From contig JACREF010000024.1 of NCBI GenBank assembly GCA_016218365.1, positions 31,712 through 95,711 of the forward strand: a stretch of DNA of 64,000 nucleotides. The letters are read 5' to 3'. This stretch comes from Gammaproteobacteria bacterium (GTDB lineage Bacteria > Pseudomonadota > Gammaproteobacteria > SZUA-140). The position numbers were made by a program, and so were the translations under genes. Positions within the stretch are counted from its first letter, which is position 1; each line of letters starts with the position of its first letter. The notes beneath the pieces are model-generated. The model had not been told where the DNA came from and ran no database searches. It worked only from the letters and a program-made list of their open reading frames with translations. Below are positions 48,006 to 60,243 of the stretch, piece by piece.

Positions 48006-48242
48006 ATGAATACCATCGGCAGCTTTGAACGTGGCATTGTCGGCATCAAGCGTGGCCTCAACAGCGCCAACACCCAGGCAGCCGAGATCGCCTCAGCCGA
48101 TGCCCTTATCCACCCCCCGGAAAAGGATCTCGCCCAGCCGCTGGTCTACATGATTACGGCCAGGAGCCAGGTAGAGGCCTCGGCCAAGGTCGTGAAAACG
48201 ACCGACGCCATGCTCGGCGCCCTCCTGGATATCAAGGCCTGA
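48006..48242 (+). CDS. Hypothetical 78-aa protein (weak resemblance to YjfB-like putative motility proteins)
   Basis: A strong RBS, GGGGAGG, lies 5 nt upstream of the ATG. The C-terminus ...SQVEASAKVVKTTDAMLGALLDIKA loosely resembles the YjfB_motility family. Confidence 0.4.
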   Translation: MNTIGSFERGIVGIKRGLNSANTQAAEIASADALIHPPEKDLAQPLVYMITARSQVEASAKVVKTTDAMLGALLDIKA

Positions 48243-49304
48243 TTACATCACCTTCCGCAGCATATAAACTGCAGCCGCTGCAAACACCGTCAGCGGTATC
48301 ATCGCTCCTAACATCGGATTGAACTCGTATACCACACCAAGATAGGTGGCAATCTCGTTCAGCATGTAGTAACCAAGCCCGACCAGCACACCCACCATGA
48401 TGCGATGACCTAACGAAACGCTGCGTAATGAGCCAAAGATAAATGGCACCGCCAGTAGCACCATGACAATCATCGAAAGCGGCATCAGCACCTTCCCCCA
48501 CAGCACCTTTTGGTAACGCAGAGAGTTCAGGCCATTCCTGTCAAGATATCCGATATGCTGATAAAGATCCGGCACTGTCATGCTGTCGGGTCGCATATCG
48601 ATCACCTCCAGCAGCTTGGGACTCATCAGCGCCCCCCAGCTGGCCTGCTGCAAACCCTCCACCGACAATACATCCCCGTTCAGCCTACTGCGAACCACCT
48701 CATTCAATACCCATGAACCGGATTCAAAATAAGCGGTGCCCGCATGCGTCATATTACTCAGTTTCTGTTCGACATCGAACTCATAGATATCAATATTCGC
48801 CAGCCGGCCGGCGGAAGTCAGACCACCTATATGAACATAATACCTACCATCCCTGGCCCAGAATCCACCTGACGACAGAACACTGCTATAGCCCAGTGCC
48901 TTGTCACGCAGCCGATAGGCCTGATCCTCACTCTTGGGTGCAATGATCTCGCCAAGCAACACGGCTAGTACGATCAGCCACAATGAAACCTTCAGCGTGG
49001 CCGCCGTAACGCGTGTCACGGTCACGCCCGCAGCACGCATCGCCGTCAGTTCGCCATTGTTTGCCAGCATCCCCAGCCCCACCAGGGTACCGATCATCAC
49101 TGCCATCGGCATCAGCTGATACGCCAGGCGTGGAACCATCAGCAGGACATATTCCACCACATCCATACCACCATAATCTCGCTTGCCCACATGACCCAGC
49201 TCGGCCAAAAAGGTTACAAAAGAGAACAAGACCAACAACACCAGCAACACCAAGGCAATCGACAGCAACACCGAATGCCCGAGATAACGATCCAGTATCT
49301 TCAT
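48243..49304 (-). CDS. lptG: LPS export ABC transporter permease LptG
   Basis: MKILDRYLGHSVLLSIALVLLVLLVLF... is the YjgP/YjgQ family. It is overlapped and coupled with lptF. Confidence 0.9.
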   Translation of the reverse strand: MKILDRYLGHSVLLSIALVLLVLLVLFSFVTFLAELGHVGKRDYGGMDVVEYVLLMVPRLAYQLMPMAVMIGTLVGLGMLANNGELTAMRAAGVTVTRVTAATLKVSLWLIVLAVLLGEIIAPKSEDQAYRLRDKALGYSSVLSSGGFWARDGRYYVHIGGLTSAGRLANIDIYEFDVEQKLSNMTHAGTAYFESGSWVLNEVVRSRLNGDVLSVEGLQQASWGALMSPKLLEVIDMRPDSMTVPDLYQHIGYLDRNGLNSLRYQKVLWGKVLMPLSMIVMVLLAVPFIFGSLRSVSLGHRIMVGVLVGLGYYMLNEIATYLGVVYEFNPMLGAMIPLTVFAAAAVYMLRKVM

Positions 49305-50401
49305 CGCGCTGGCATCCTGTTAAACATCATGACGAACAGCCAATACAGTCCATAACGCCGGATCAACATCAGTGCTATCGCGATCACCATCAGCCCATGT
49401 ACCCACCATACGCCCAACCCCACGGGTATGATGCCGCGCGCAGCCCAACTCTGGCTCATGCCTATCAGATCACCATAGATCGCATACACGATCACGGCGC
49501 CGAACAGCTTGGCGTATTTCCCCTGGCGCGGTGACGAATAGCTGAACGGTACGGCGAAGATTGCCAGCAACAAGGCAGCCAGCGGCATCGATACCCGCCA
49601 TTGCAACTCCGCCCAGTCGGCAGGCTGTCCAGACTGCCACAATGCCAGCGTCTGGCGAGCAAAGTGCTTGCGCTCACTGGGATGCACCTGAACATCGGGC
49701 AGCCGTATAGCATGTCGCTTAAATTCGGTGATACGGAACGTCGGATCACCAGCTCTGCCCTCATACCGTTGCCCATCCTGCAGGATCAGGTACCGGACCC
49801 CGCTGCCCTCATCGGTCACATAGGTGGCCGTTCTGGCGTACAGCAGGACGGGCTGGGCGTCCAGCGTCCCATTGATAAAAATCTGTTCCATCGACTGGTC
49901 AGAGGCTGCATGCCGTGCGGCATAGAGCACCCCACCTGCCTGCTCAAACTGCAGAAAGCGCCCAACCGCCACCTCGCCCAGTTCGCCGCGCGCTGATTCC
50001 CGGTCCTGCAGACGATAACTCTGTTCCTCGGCCCAAGGGGCGCCCCACAGTGAGACCAACGCAACAAAACATGCCACCAGCACCGACAACCCACCCACTG
50101 CCAGATAGGTGGAGCGGATACTGACCCCGCAGGCCGCCAGCGCGGTCATTTCACTGTCCTTATACAATCTGCCGAGCCCAATCATCACCGACAGAAACAA
50201 TGCCAGCGGTACCAGAAATATCAGGGCACCTATTGCCTTGTACAATAGTATCTGCAACACCACCAATGGCGGCATCGCCGCCTCCCCCGGGGCATCGAGC
50301 AGGCGGATCGCATAATCACCCATATAGATCAGCAACAACACCAGCAGGATGCCAAGGAGGGTAACCGATATCTCTCGGCCGATGTAACGCAGGATAATCA
50401 A
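49301..50401 (-). CDS. lptF: LPS export ABC transporter permease LptF
   Basis: MIILRYIGREISVTLLGILLVLLLIYM... is the YjgP/YjgQ family. It is divergent from pepA as in Pseudomonas and E. coli. Confidence 0.9.
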   Translation of the reverse strand: MIILRYIGREISVTLLGILLVLLLIYMGDYAIRLLDAPGEAAMPPLVVLQILLYKAIGALIFLVPLALFLSVMIGLGRLYKDSEMTALAACGVSIRSTYLAVGGLSVLVACFVALVSLWGAPWAEEQSYRLQDRESARGELGEVAVGRFLQFEQAGGVLYAARHAASDQSMEQIFINGTLDAQPVLLYARTATYVTDEGSGVRYLILQDGQRYEGRAGDPTFRITEFKRHAIRLPDVQVHPSERKHFARQTLALWQSGQPADWAELQWRVSMPLAALLLAIFAVPFSYSSPRQGKYAKLFGAVIVYAIYGDLIGMSQSWAARGIIPVGLGVWWVHGLMVIAIALMLIRRYGLYWLFVMMFNRMPAR

Positions 50402-50543
50402 ACACCGCCCCCTAACAGTGGGTCAGGCATGGAAAATATGGCTGTTTCATGTACAATCGCTGGATCATGAAATTCCCGAAGAATGTTACAGGGAATAGAT
50501 GGTCCGGACCAACCCCTTTTGACCGCCCGCTGATGGAGCAACC

Positions 50544-52037
50544 ATGGAATTTTCTGCCAAAAAGGTAAATCTCTCAAAACAGAAGACTGCCTGCATCGTT
50601 GTGGGCGTATTCGAGAACCAGCGCCTGACTGATCATGGCAAGACCCTGGATGCGACCAGCCGCGGCTACCTGCAGATGATCCTCAAACGGGGTGACCTGA
50701 GCGGGAAGGTCGGCCGTTCGCTGCTGCTGCATGCCGTCCCCGGTCTGGCAGCAGAACGGGTGTTGCTGGTCGGTTGCGGCCCTGAGAAGGACATGGATGA
50801 TGCCCGGTTCCTGAATATCATGACCAAGACCGCCGAGATCCTGCGTTCCATGCGCTGCCGGGACATCGTATTCACACTGCATCAACTGAAGCTGCGTGGC
50901 CATGACCTGGACTGGAAGGCCCGTCAGGCCGCCCAGCTGATCCGGGACCGCCTGTACACCTTCGATTACCTGAAGAAACGTGACCCACAGTCCCGTCCAA
51001 TCCTCGCCAAGATCCTACTGGCCGCACAAGAGGCCTCCGAGGTCAAACCGATCCAGCGCGGGATCACTCAGGGTGTGGCCATCGCCGACGGCGTTGATCT
51101 TGCCAAGGACCTAGGCAACCTGCCCGCCAATGTCTGCACCCCCACCTATCTGGCCAAACGGGCACGCGAGCTGGCCAAGGGCGTCCGGACACTCAGCGTC
51201 CAGGTCCTTGAGGAGCGCGATCTGCGCCGGCTGAAGATGGGCTCGTTCCTGTCAGTGACCCGTGGCAGCCGCCAGCCGCCGAAGTTGATCACGCTGCAAT
51301 ACAAGGGTGGCAAGACCGGCACAGCCCCGGTGGTACTGGTCGGCAAGGGCATCACCTTCGACTCCGGCGGCATCTCGATCAAACCGTCCGCCGCAATGGA
51401 TGAGATGAAATATGATATGTGCGGCGCAGCCAGTGTGCTCGGCGCCCTCGCCGCGGTGAGCCGCCTCAAACTTCCGATCAATGTCGTCGGCATCATCCCG
51501 ACCTGTGAAAACCTGCCGGATGGCAATGCCAGCAAACCCGGCGATATTGTCACCAGCATGTCCGGCCAGACCATCGAGATCCTGAACACCGACGCCGAAG
51601 GTCGACTGATCCTGTGCGATGCGCTGACCTATGCCGGCCGCTACAAGCCGGACACCGTCATCGACATCGCAACGCTGACCGGGGCCTGCGTCATTGCACT
51701 GGGTAAACATGCCACCGGCCTGATCGGCAACCATCAGCCGCTGATCGACAGCCTGCTGGCCGCCGGTGTCACCGCCGCCGACCGCGCCTGGCAGATGCCG
51801 CTGTGGGAAGAATATCAGGACCAGCTGCAGAGCAACTTTGCCGACATGGCCAATGTCGGCGGTCGTGAAGGTGGCACAATCACCGCCGCCTGTTTCCTGT
51901 CGCGCTTCACCAAGGACTACCGCTGGGCGCACCTCGACATCGCCGGCACCGCATGGCGCAGTGGCAGCAACAAGGGCGGCACTGGCCGGCCGGTGCCGTT
52001 GCTGATCCAGTACCTGATCGACAAGGCGGGTCGCTGA
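50544..52037 (+). CDS. pepA: Leucyl aminopeptidase (M17)
   Basis: VGKGITFDSGGISIKP and NTDAEGRLILCDALTYA are M17 active-site motifs. Confidence 0.95.
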   Translation: MEFSAKKVNLSKQKTACIVVGVFENQRLTDHGKTLDATSRGYLQMILKRGDLSGKVGRSLLLHAVPGLAAERVLLVGCGPEKDMDDARFLNIMTKTAEILRSMRCRDIVFTLHQLKLRGHDLDWKARQAAQLIRDRLYTFDYLKKRDPQSRPILAKILLAAQEASEVKPIQRGITQGVAIADGVDLAKDLGNLPANVCTPTYLAKRARELAKGVRTLSVQVLEERDLRRLKMGSFLSVTRGSRQPPKLITLQYKGGKTGTAPVVLVGKGITFDSGGISIKPSAAMDEMKYDMCGAASVLGALAAVSRLKLPINVVGIIPTCENLPDGNASKPGDIVTSMSGQTIEILNTDAEGRLILCDALTYAGRYKPDTVIDIATLTGACVIALGKHATGLIGNHQPLIDSLLAAGVTAADRAWQMPLWEEYQDQLQSNFADMANVGGREGGTITAACFLSRFTKDYRWAHLDIAGTAWRSGSNKGGTGRPVPLLIQYLIDKAGR

Positions 52038-52047
52038 TCGCCAAATC

Positions 52048-52500
52048 ATGACGCAGATCGATTTCTACATCGTGGATGAGGATGCGACACACAGCCGGGA
52101 GCAATTGCTGTGCCGGCTGGTCGACAAGATCTGGCAACAGGACCGGCAAATCCATATCCATACCGAGTCGAGCCGTCACAGTGCCGTGGTCGATGAGCTG
52201 TTATGGACCTATCAGGCCGGCAGTTTCATCCCACATGCCGTCTATCAACAAGGGCTGGCCACGCCGGCGCCGGTATTGGTCGGCCATCAAGACGATCCGG
52301 CATATCACAGTGATGTCCTGATCAACATGGCGCCGCAGGTGCCGCTGTTCTTCAGCCGCTTCGAGCGGGTGCTGGAACTGGTCAACAGTGTGCCCGAGAT
52401 TCGCCAGCATGGGCGCGAACGCTACCGCTTCTATACCGACCGCGGCTATTCAATCAAGACCCATAATCTCGGCGCCCAGACCGCCGGGGCCGTACGTTAA
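52048..52500 (+). CDS. holC: DNA polymerase III chi subunit
   Basis: [31 protein letters not shown]... matches the HolC family. It is positioned between pepA and valS as in other gammaproteobacteria. Confidence 0.85.
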   Translation: MTQIDFYIVDEDATHSREQLLCRLVDKIWQQDRQIHIHTESSRHSAVVDELLWTYQAGSFIPHAVYQQGLATPAPVLVGHQDDPAYHSDVLINMAPQVPLFFSRFERVLELVNSVPEIRQHGRERYRFYTDRGYSIKTHNLGAQTAGAVR

Positions 52501-52526
52501 CAACAAACAGTAAAGTACATATCACG

Positions 52527-55289
52527 ATGGACAAGACCTACAAGCCCGACGACATTGAGCAGCGCTGGTATCAGCACTGGGAACAGCAGGGATACTTCGC
52601 GCCGTCCGGCCACGGCGCACCCTATTGCATCATGATCCCGCCGCCGAATGTCACCGGCTCGTTGCACATGGGCCACGCCTTCCAGGACACGATCATGGAT
52701 GCGCTGGTCCGGTATCACCGCATGAAGGGCGACAACACGCTGTGGCAGCCGGGTACCGACCATGCTGGCATCGCCACGCAGATGGTCGTCGAGCGACGTC
52801 TGCTCGCCCAGGGCACGACCCGCCACGACCTCGGTCGCGAAAGGTTTCTTGATGAGGTCTGGCAATGGAAGGCTGAATCCGGTGGCACAATCACCCGCCA
52901 GTTGCGGCGCATGGGCGCCTCGCCGGACTGGTCGCGGGAACGTTTCACGATGGATGACGGACTCAGTGAGGCGGTGCGCGAGGTCTTCGTCCGCCTGCAT
53001 GACAAGGGACTGATCTATCGCGGTAAGCGCCTGGTCAACTGGGACCCGGTGCTGCACACCGCGGTCTCGGATCTCGAGGTGATCGCCGAAGAGGAGCAGG
53101 GCCATCTGTGGCACATCCGTTACCCGCTCAGCGATGGCAGCGGCCATCTGGTCATTGCCACGACCCGACCCGAGACCATGCTCGGCGATGCCGCCGTCGC
53201 CGTCCATCCCGATGACGAACGCTATCGCCATCTGATCGGCAAGACCGTGACGCTGCCACTGGCCGGCCGCGAGATCCCGATCATTGCCGACGACTACGTC
53301 GACCCGGCCTTCGGCACCGGCTGCGTCAAGATCACCCCGGCCCATGACTTCAACGACTACGCGGTCGGGCAGCGCCATGGCCTGCCTCAGATTAATATCT
53401 TCACGGTCGATGCCAGCATCAATGAACAGGCACCGCCACAATATCGCGGCCTGGACCGCTATGAGGCACGCAACGTCATCGTCCGTGACCTGAAAGAACT
53501 GGACCTGATCGAGAAGATCGATGACCACAAGCTGATGGTACCGCGCGGCGACCGCTCCCATGCCGTCATCGAACCGCTGCTGACCGACCAGTGGTACGTC
53601 AAGGTCGCGCCGCTGGCCGCCGAGGCGATCAAGGTCGTCGAGGACGGCCGCATCCGTTTCGTCCCTGATAACTGGAAGAACACCTATTACGAATGGATGA
53701 ACAACATCGAGGATTGGTGTATCTCGCGCCAGATCTGGTGGGGCCATCGGATCCCGGCCTGGTATGACAACCGGGGCACGGTCTATGTCGGTCGCTCCGA
53801 GGCCGAGGTGCGCAACAAATACCAACTGGGTTTTGACATCGCGCTGACCCAGGACGAGGACGTGCTCGACACCTGGTTCTCATCGGCACTGTGGCCATTC
53901 TCGACACTGGGCTGGCCGCAGCACACTGAGGCCGTGCAGGCCTTCTATCCGACCAGCGTGCTGGTCACCGGTTTTGACATCATCTTTTTCTGGGTTGCGC
54001 GGATGATCATGATAGGCCTGAAGTTCATCGGCGATGTGCCGTTCCGTGAGGTCTATATCCACGGCCTGGTGCGTGATGCCCAGGGTCAGAAGATGTCCAA
54101 GTCCAAGGGCAATGTGCTCGACCCGATTGATCTTATCGATGGCATCACGTTGGAGACGCTGGTTGACAAGCGCACCCGCGGCCTGATGCAGCCGGAGATG
54201 GCCGACAAGATCGCCCGCCAGACCCGCAAGGATTATCCGGACGGCATCCCGCCGTTTGGCACCGACGCATTACGCTTCACCTTTGCAGCCTTGGCCTCGA
54301 CCGGGCGTGACATCAAGTTCGACCTGAACCGCATCGAGGGCTACCGCAACTTCTGCAACAAGCTGTGGAATGCTGCACGCTATGTGCTGATGAACACCGA
54401 GGATCAGGATACTGGCCTTGAAAATGACGATGTGGTCCTGAGCCTGCCTGACCGCTGGATCCTGTCGCGGCTACAGCTGGTCACCAAGCAGGTCATCGGT
54501 GCCATCGAGCAGTATCGATTCGATCAGGCCGCCCAGGCGATCTATGAATTCACCTGGAATGAATACTGCGACTGGTATCTGGAACTGTCCAAACCGGTGC
54601 TCACTTCCGCAACCAGTGCCGGGGCCGAAAAGCGCGGCACCCGTCGCACGCTGGTCCGGGTGCTGGAGACTCTGCTGCGCCTGGCGCACCCGGTCATCCC
54701 GTACATCACCGAGGAGATCTGGCAGCGGGTATCCGTGCTGGCCGGCGTCCGTGGTGACACGATCATGCTGCAGCCGTATCCGCAGCCGGATGAAACGCTG
54801 ATCGATCAGGCCGCCATCCTTGAGGCCGAGTGGCTGATGGCCTGCGTGCTCGGGGTGCGCAAGATCCGCAGCACGATGAACATCGCCCCGGGCAAACCTC
54901 TGCCGGTGCTGTTGCAGAACACCGCCGCGGAAGATCGCCAGCGCCTCGACCGCAATCGCGAGTTCCTTACCAGACTCGCCCGGCTCGAGACGATCACGGT
55001 GCTGACGGACGAAACAGCACCGGAATCGGCTACCGCGCTGGTCGGTGACATGAAGGTGCTGATCCCGATGTCCGGACTGATCGACAAGGATGCGGAACTC
55101 ACCCGTCTCGATAAAGAAATCAGCCGGCTGGCGCAGGGCGTCGAGCGCAGCGAGGCCAAGCTTGGCAATCCTGGCTATGTAGCCAAAGCGCCGCCGCAGG
55201 TCGTGGCGCAGGAGCGGCAGCGGGTCGCCGAGATGCAGGCATCACTGGATCAGCTCAGGGAACAGCAGCAGAAGATCCGGTCGCTATAA
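52527..55289 (+). CDS. valS: Valine--tRNA ligase
   Basis: [15 protein letters not shown] is the HIGH motif and KMSKSKGN is the KMSKS motif. A C-terminal coiled-coil is present. The length is 920 aa. Confidence 0.95.
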   Translation: MDKTYKPDDIEQRWYQHWEQQGYFAPSGHGAPYCIMIPPPNVTGSLHMGHAFQDTIMDALVRYHRMKGDNTLWQPGTDHAGIATQMVVERRLLAQGTTRHDLGRERFLDEVWQWKAESGGTITRQLRRMGASPDWSRERFTMDDGLSEAVREVFVRLHDKGLIYRGKRLVNWDPVLHTAVSDLEVIAEEEQGHLWHIRYPLSDGSGHLVIATTRPETMLGDAAVAVHPDDERYRHLIGKTVTLPLAGREIPIIADDYVDPAFGTGCVKITPAHDFNDYAVGQRHGLPQINIFTVDASINEQAPPQYRGLDRYEARNVIVRDLKELDLIEKIDDHKLMVPRGDRSHAVIEPLLTDQWYVKVAPLAAEAIKVVEDGRIRFVPDNWKNTYYEWMNNIEDWCISRQIWWGHRIPAWYDNRGTVYVGRSEAEVRNKYQLGFDIALTQDEDVLDTWFSSALWPFSTLGWPQHTEAVQAFYPTSVLVTGFDIIFFWVARMIMIGLKFIGDVPFREVYIHGLVRDAQGQKMSKSKGNVLDPIDLIDGITLETLVDKRTRGLMQPEMADKIARQTRKDYPDGIPPFGTDALRFTFAALASTGRDIKFDLNRIEGYRNFCNKLWNAARYVLMNTEDQDTGLENDDVVLSLPDRWILSRLQLVTKQVIGAIEQYRFDQAAQAIYEFTWNEYCDWYLELSKPVLTSATSAGAEKRGTRRTLVRVLETLLRLAHPVIPYITEEIWQRVSVLAGVRGDTIMLQPYPQPDETLIDQAAILEAEWLMACVLGVRKIRSTMNIAPGKPLPVLLQNTAAEDRQRLDRNREFLTRLARLETITVLTDETAPESATALVGDMKVLIPMSGLIDKDAELTRLDKEISRLAQGVERSEAKLGNPGYVAKAPPQVVAQERQRVAEMQASLDQLREQQQKIRSL

Positions 55290-55725
55290 CACACTCGTTG
55301 CCACGCCAGCAGACGGCCGTCGGTCACAACATTGCCGACGGGTGCCGAGGCCCGGTAGCACACGGCACCCATCGGCAAGTTGTGAGGCCATCCCTTGCCT
55401 TTTGCAGCCGCAAAGCAGGACAGGCCTGGCATTGCATGATTATCTTCAAGCAGCCCGCGCTGCTTGAAGAAAGCGGGGCGTCCTTGCCGCGCATCGAGCA
55501 GACCACAGCTGCCTGTCAGCTCTGCCCGGGTCCACAGGCGGCATGCTAAAGCCGCCTTAACTTGATGGAGCCTAACCTTAATATATTATTAAGTAAACGT
55601 ACAATTACTTGTATTTATAATACATTTTAAACAGAATGATTAGCCCGCTGTTAGCCAGGCACCGCAAGACCATATATCCTCAAAACAAACCTGCTATAAA
55701 TCCCACCACCCACTTGGGCAACGAT

Positions 55726-56463
55726 ATGCTGATGCCACGTCTGATCCTGCTCAACAAGCCCTACGATGTCCTGACCCAGTTCACCGATCAGGCGGGGCGA
55801 CGTACGCTGAAGGATTTCCTCCCGATACCGGGAGTCTATCCGGCCGGACGGCTGGACCGCGACAGCGAGGGACTGGTCGTGCTGACCGACGACGGCCAGC
55901 TGAAACAGCGCATCAGTAACCCGCGCTTCAAGCTGGTGAAGACCTACTGGGTGCAGGTCGAAAACATCCCGCCCCCCTCTGCGCTGGAACAGTTACGCCA
56001 CGGCATCCGGCTTACGGATGGCCCGACGCGCCCGGCCCAGGTCCGACTGATTGCACCACCGGTCATCTGGCCGCGCGACCCGCCGATCCGTCACCGTGCG
56101 GCGATCCCGACCTGCTGGCTGGAACTGACGATCACCGAAGGGCGTAACCGCCAGGTGCGGCGCATGACTGCCCACATCGGCCATCCGACGCTGCGGCTGA
56201 TCCGCTGCCGGGTCGGGCCGTGGACGCTGGAGGGCCTGCAACCCGGACACTGGCGGGAACTGGACAATGCTATGATGGACGCCTCATTACAACAGTTACC
56301 GCCCGCTCATGAGCTGGACACCCCACATCACCGTCGCCACCATCGTCGAACAAACCGGCCAGTTCCTGCTGGTCGAGGAGCTGTCGGAAGGCCGCCTGGT
56401 CCTCAATCAGCCCGCCGGCCACCTCGAGGCCGGGGAAGGCCTGGCCCAGGCCGCGGTGCGTGA
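55726..56463 (+). CDS. rluE: 23S rRNA pseudouridine synthase RluE. The 3' end runs about 155 nt into the next gene in another frame.
   Basis: [52 protein letters not shown]...[25 protein letters not shown] closely parallels E. coli RluE, with no S4 domain. The start is the internal ATG 55726. Confidence 0.8.
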   Translation: MLMPRLILLNKPYDVLTQFTDQAGRRTLKDFLPIPGVYPAGRLDRDSEGLVVLTDDGQLKQRISNPRFKLVKTYWVQVENIPPPSALEQLRHGIRLTDGPTRPAQVRLIAPPVIWPRDPPIRHRAAIPTCWLELTITEGRNRQVRRMTAHIGHPTLRLIRCRVGPWTLEGLQPGHWRELDNAMMDASLQQLPPAHELDTPHHRRHHRRTNRPVPAGRGAVGRPPGPQSARRPPRGRGRPGPGRGA

Positions 56464-56782
56464 GACCCTGGAAGAGACCGGCTGGCACGTCGAGCTGACC
56501 GCGGTCGTCGGCATCCATCAATGGACGCTGCCGGGCACCGACCATATGTACCTGCGCATCTGCTTTGCCGGGCAGGCGCTGCGCCATGACAGCACCCGGG
56601 CGCTGGATCACGGCATCCAGCGTGCGCTGTGGTTGAGCCGTGATGAACTGGGCCAGATGTCGGGACGGCTGCGCAGCCCGCTGGTGCTGGCCTGTGTCGA
56701 TGGCTACCTCAGCGGTCAGCGCTATCCGTTGCACCTGATCGTTGACCATGACCGCAAGATCACAGGCCACCCCCCGGCCTGA
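56309..56782 (+). CDS. NUDIX hydrolase (NudJ-like)
   Basis: [20 protein letters not shown]...[23 protein letters not shown] is the Nudix box (GX5EX7REUXEEXGU). Confidence 0.75.
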   Translation: MSWTPHITVATIVEQTGQFLLVEELSEGRLVLNQPAGHLEAGEGLAQAAVRETLEETGWHVELTAVVGIHQWTLPGTDHMYLRICFAGQALRHDSTRALDHGIQRALWLSRDELGQMSGRLRSPLVLACVDGYLSGQRYPLHLIVDHDRKITGHPPA

Positions 56783-56856
56783 TCACAGCGGCTGCGCAGC
56801 AGCGCAGCTGGTTTGATATAATCACCGCCTTGCCCGGCAATTAACGGATACCCAGC

Positions 56857-58050
56857 GTGACTCACACCCCGCACATCATGGTTGGCATGTCTGGCGGCGT
56901 CGATTCGTCGGTTGCTGCACTGCTGTTGCAACAGCAGGGTTATGACATCAGCGGTGTATTCATGAAGAACTGGGAGGACTTCGATGCTACCAGCCCATGT
57001 CCGGCCGCCATTGATGCCGTCGATGCCGCCCGGGTCTGCGACATCCTCGACATCCCGTTTGAAGGCATCAACTTCGCCCGCCAGTACCGGGAGCAGGTGT
57101 TCAGTCACTTTCTCGCTGAATACCAGGCCGGTCGCACACCGAACCCGGACATTCTGTGCAACACCGAGATCAAGTTCAGCGCCTTCCTCGACCATGCCCT
57201 GGCCCAGGGGGCAGACCGTATCGCCACCGGTCATTATGCACGCATCGATGAAGTAAACGGCCGCTTTCGTCTGCTGAAGGCCATCGACCGCAACAAGGAC
57301 CAGAGCTATTTCCTGCATGGCCTGAACCAGCAGCAACTGTCGCGGGCCCTGTTCCCGCTCGGCGCGCTGCAGAAACACGCCGTGCGTCAGCTCGCGCTGG
57401 CGGCCGGCTTTGCCAATCATGCCAAGAAGGACAGCACCGGCATCTGCTTCATCGGCGAGAAACATTTCACCGAATTCCTGGGCCGTTATCTGCCGGCCCA
57501 GCCCGGTGACATGCGCAGCCCGGAGGGGGAATACCTCGGTGCGCACCATGGACTGATGTATCACACCATCGGCCAGCGCAAGGGCCTGGGCATCGGTGGC
57601 CGACGCGGTGACAGCGGCCAGCCGTGGTTTGTTGCCGGCAAGAACCTGGCCACCAATACATTGATCGTCGCCCAAGGAGAAGGCCACCCGCTGTTGTTTG
57701 CCAACAGTCTGGTCACCGGCACCCTGCACTGGATCAGCGGCCAGGCACCAACGCTGCCATTGCAGGCCACCGCCAAGATCCGCTATCGCCAGGACGATCA
57801 GCCGTGCACACTACATCAACTGGACAACGGTGCCGTATGGATGGAGTTCTCAGTGCCACAACGTGCCGTGACCCCGGGCCAATCGGTCGTGATCTATAAT
57901 GGCGACGACTGCCTGGGCGGCGGCGTGATCCTGGCCAGTGACCACCCGCTGGATCAGGAGAATTTCTGTGCGCTGCGCCGCGGCGCCCCAGCAAGCAGCG
58001 CAGCAATGAACATACTCCCGACCACCCAAGCGATGTCAGCCCGACGATGA
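56857..58050 (+). CDS. mnmA: tRNA-specific 2-thiouridylase MnmA
   Basis: IMVGMSGGVDSSVAALLL is the PP-loop. TGHYAR and CFIGEKHF are also present. Confidence 0.9.
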   Translation: MTHTPHIMVGMSGGVDSSVAALLLQQQGYDISGVFMKNWEDFDATSPCPAAIDAVDAARVCDILDIPFEGINFARQYREQVFSHFLAEYQAGRTPNPDILCNTEIKFSAFLDHALAQGADRIATGHYARIDEVNGRFRLLKAIDRNKDQSYFLHGLNQQQLSRALFPLGALQKHAVRQLALAAGFANHAKKDSTGICFIGEKHFTEFLGRYLPAQPGDMRSPEGEYLGAHHGLMYHTIGQRKGLGIGGRRGDSGQPWFVAGKNLATNTLIVAQGEGHPLLFANSLVTGTLHWISGQAPTLPLQATAKIRYRQDDQPCTLHQLDNGAVWMEFSVPQRAVTPGQSVVIYNGDDCLGGGVILASDHPLDQENFCALRRGAPASSAAMNILPTTQAMSARR

Positions 58051-58667
58051 GCAAGACGCTGCGTGATGCAACACTGGCACTGGCCGGTATCTTCCAGGCC
58101 GCCGCCCTGGTCAAACAGGTGGCGCACGATGGGTATACCGACAGCGAAGCCTTTGCGGCATCGATCCACAGCCTGTTCGAGACCCATCCCGAGACCACCG
58201 AGGCGGTGTATGGCGGCACGGCCAACCTTCAGCTCGGCCTGAAGACGCTGAGCGAGCAGCTGTCGACCACCGGCAAACGTCCCGATCACGAGATCATGCG
58301 CTACAGCCTGTCGGTGATGATCCTGGCGCGCAAACTGTCCAAGCACGAGCATCTGATGGATGTCATCGTCAAGGGCATCGAACGCGCCCGTACCCAGGCC
58401 GGTCATTTCGGCCCGGTACACGACAACGTCATCGCCAACCTTGCCGGCATCTATGTCGAGACCGTCAGCCTGATGCAACCGCGTATCATCGTCAACGGTG
58501 CCCACGGCCATTTATCCCATGCCCAGGTCGCCAACAAGGTACGGGCGCTGCTGCTGGCCGCGATCCGCTCGGTGATATTATGGCGCCAGTGCGGTGGCAG
58601 CCGCTGGCAATTGCTGTTCAAACGGCGAATGATCACCGCGGAAGCCACGCGGCTACTTGGTGTATAA
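58047..58667 (+). CDS. hflD: High-frequency lysogenization protein HflD homolog
   Basis: LALAGIFQAAALVKQVAHDG... matches the HflD family. It sits between mnmA and purB as in E. coli. Confidence 0.85.
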   Translation: MSKTLRDATLALAGIFQAAALVKQVAHDGYTDSEAFAASIHSLFETHPETTEAVYGGTANLQLGLKTLSEQLSTTGKRPDHEIMRYSLSVMILARKLSKHEHLMDVIVKGIERARTQAGHFGPVHDNVIANLAGIYVETVSLMQPRIIVNGAHGHLSHAQVANKVRALLLAAIRSVILWRQCGGSRWQLLFKRRMITAEATRLLGV

Positions 58668-60068
<1,401 letters not shown>

Positions 60069-60193
60069 CCGGCTGAAACACTCTCTCAACAAAAACAATA
60101 ATTACCTATATATCAATATATTGATATCCTGCCGGCCAGGCGACGTCTGAAACACCCGCCCCGTTCCCCGCCCGTTGCGCCAGCCAGCCATTG

Positions 60194-60209
60194 TGTGACG
60201 CGCGTCACA
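60194..60209. promoter_or_regulatory. Perfect CRP/Vfr-type box TGTGA-N6-TCACA inside an 18-bp perfect palindrome. It is centred 41.5 nt upstream of the predicted TSS of a + strand promoter with -10 GATAAT at 60231..60236.
   Basis: The sequence gtgtgacgcgcgtcacac (60193..60210) is self-complementary, and the CRP consensus half-sites are exact. The geometry corresponds to a class-II CRP-dependent promoter. Confidence 0.45.
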
Positions 60210-60243
60210 CACTCGACGTGACCCAATCCGGATAATGGGACTC

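Noticed and set aside
51252-52049. 265-aa - strand ORF
   Set aside because: It is antisense to pepA.
52497-53825. 442-aa - strand ORF
   Set aside because: It is antisense to valS.
56722-57729. 335-aa - strand ORF
   Set aside because: It is antisense to mnmA.
57954-58511. 185-aa - strand ORF
   Set aside because: It is antisense to hflD.
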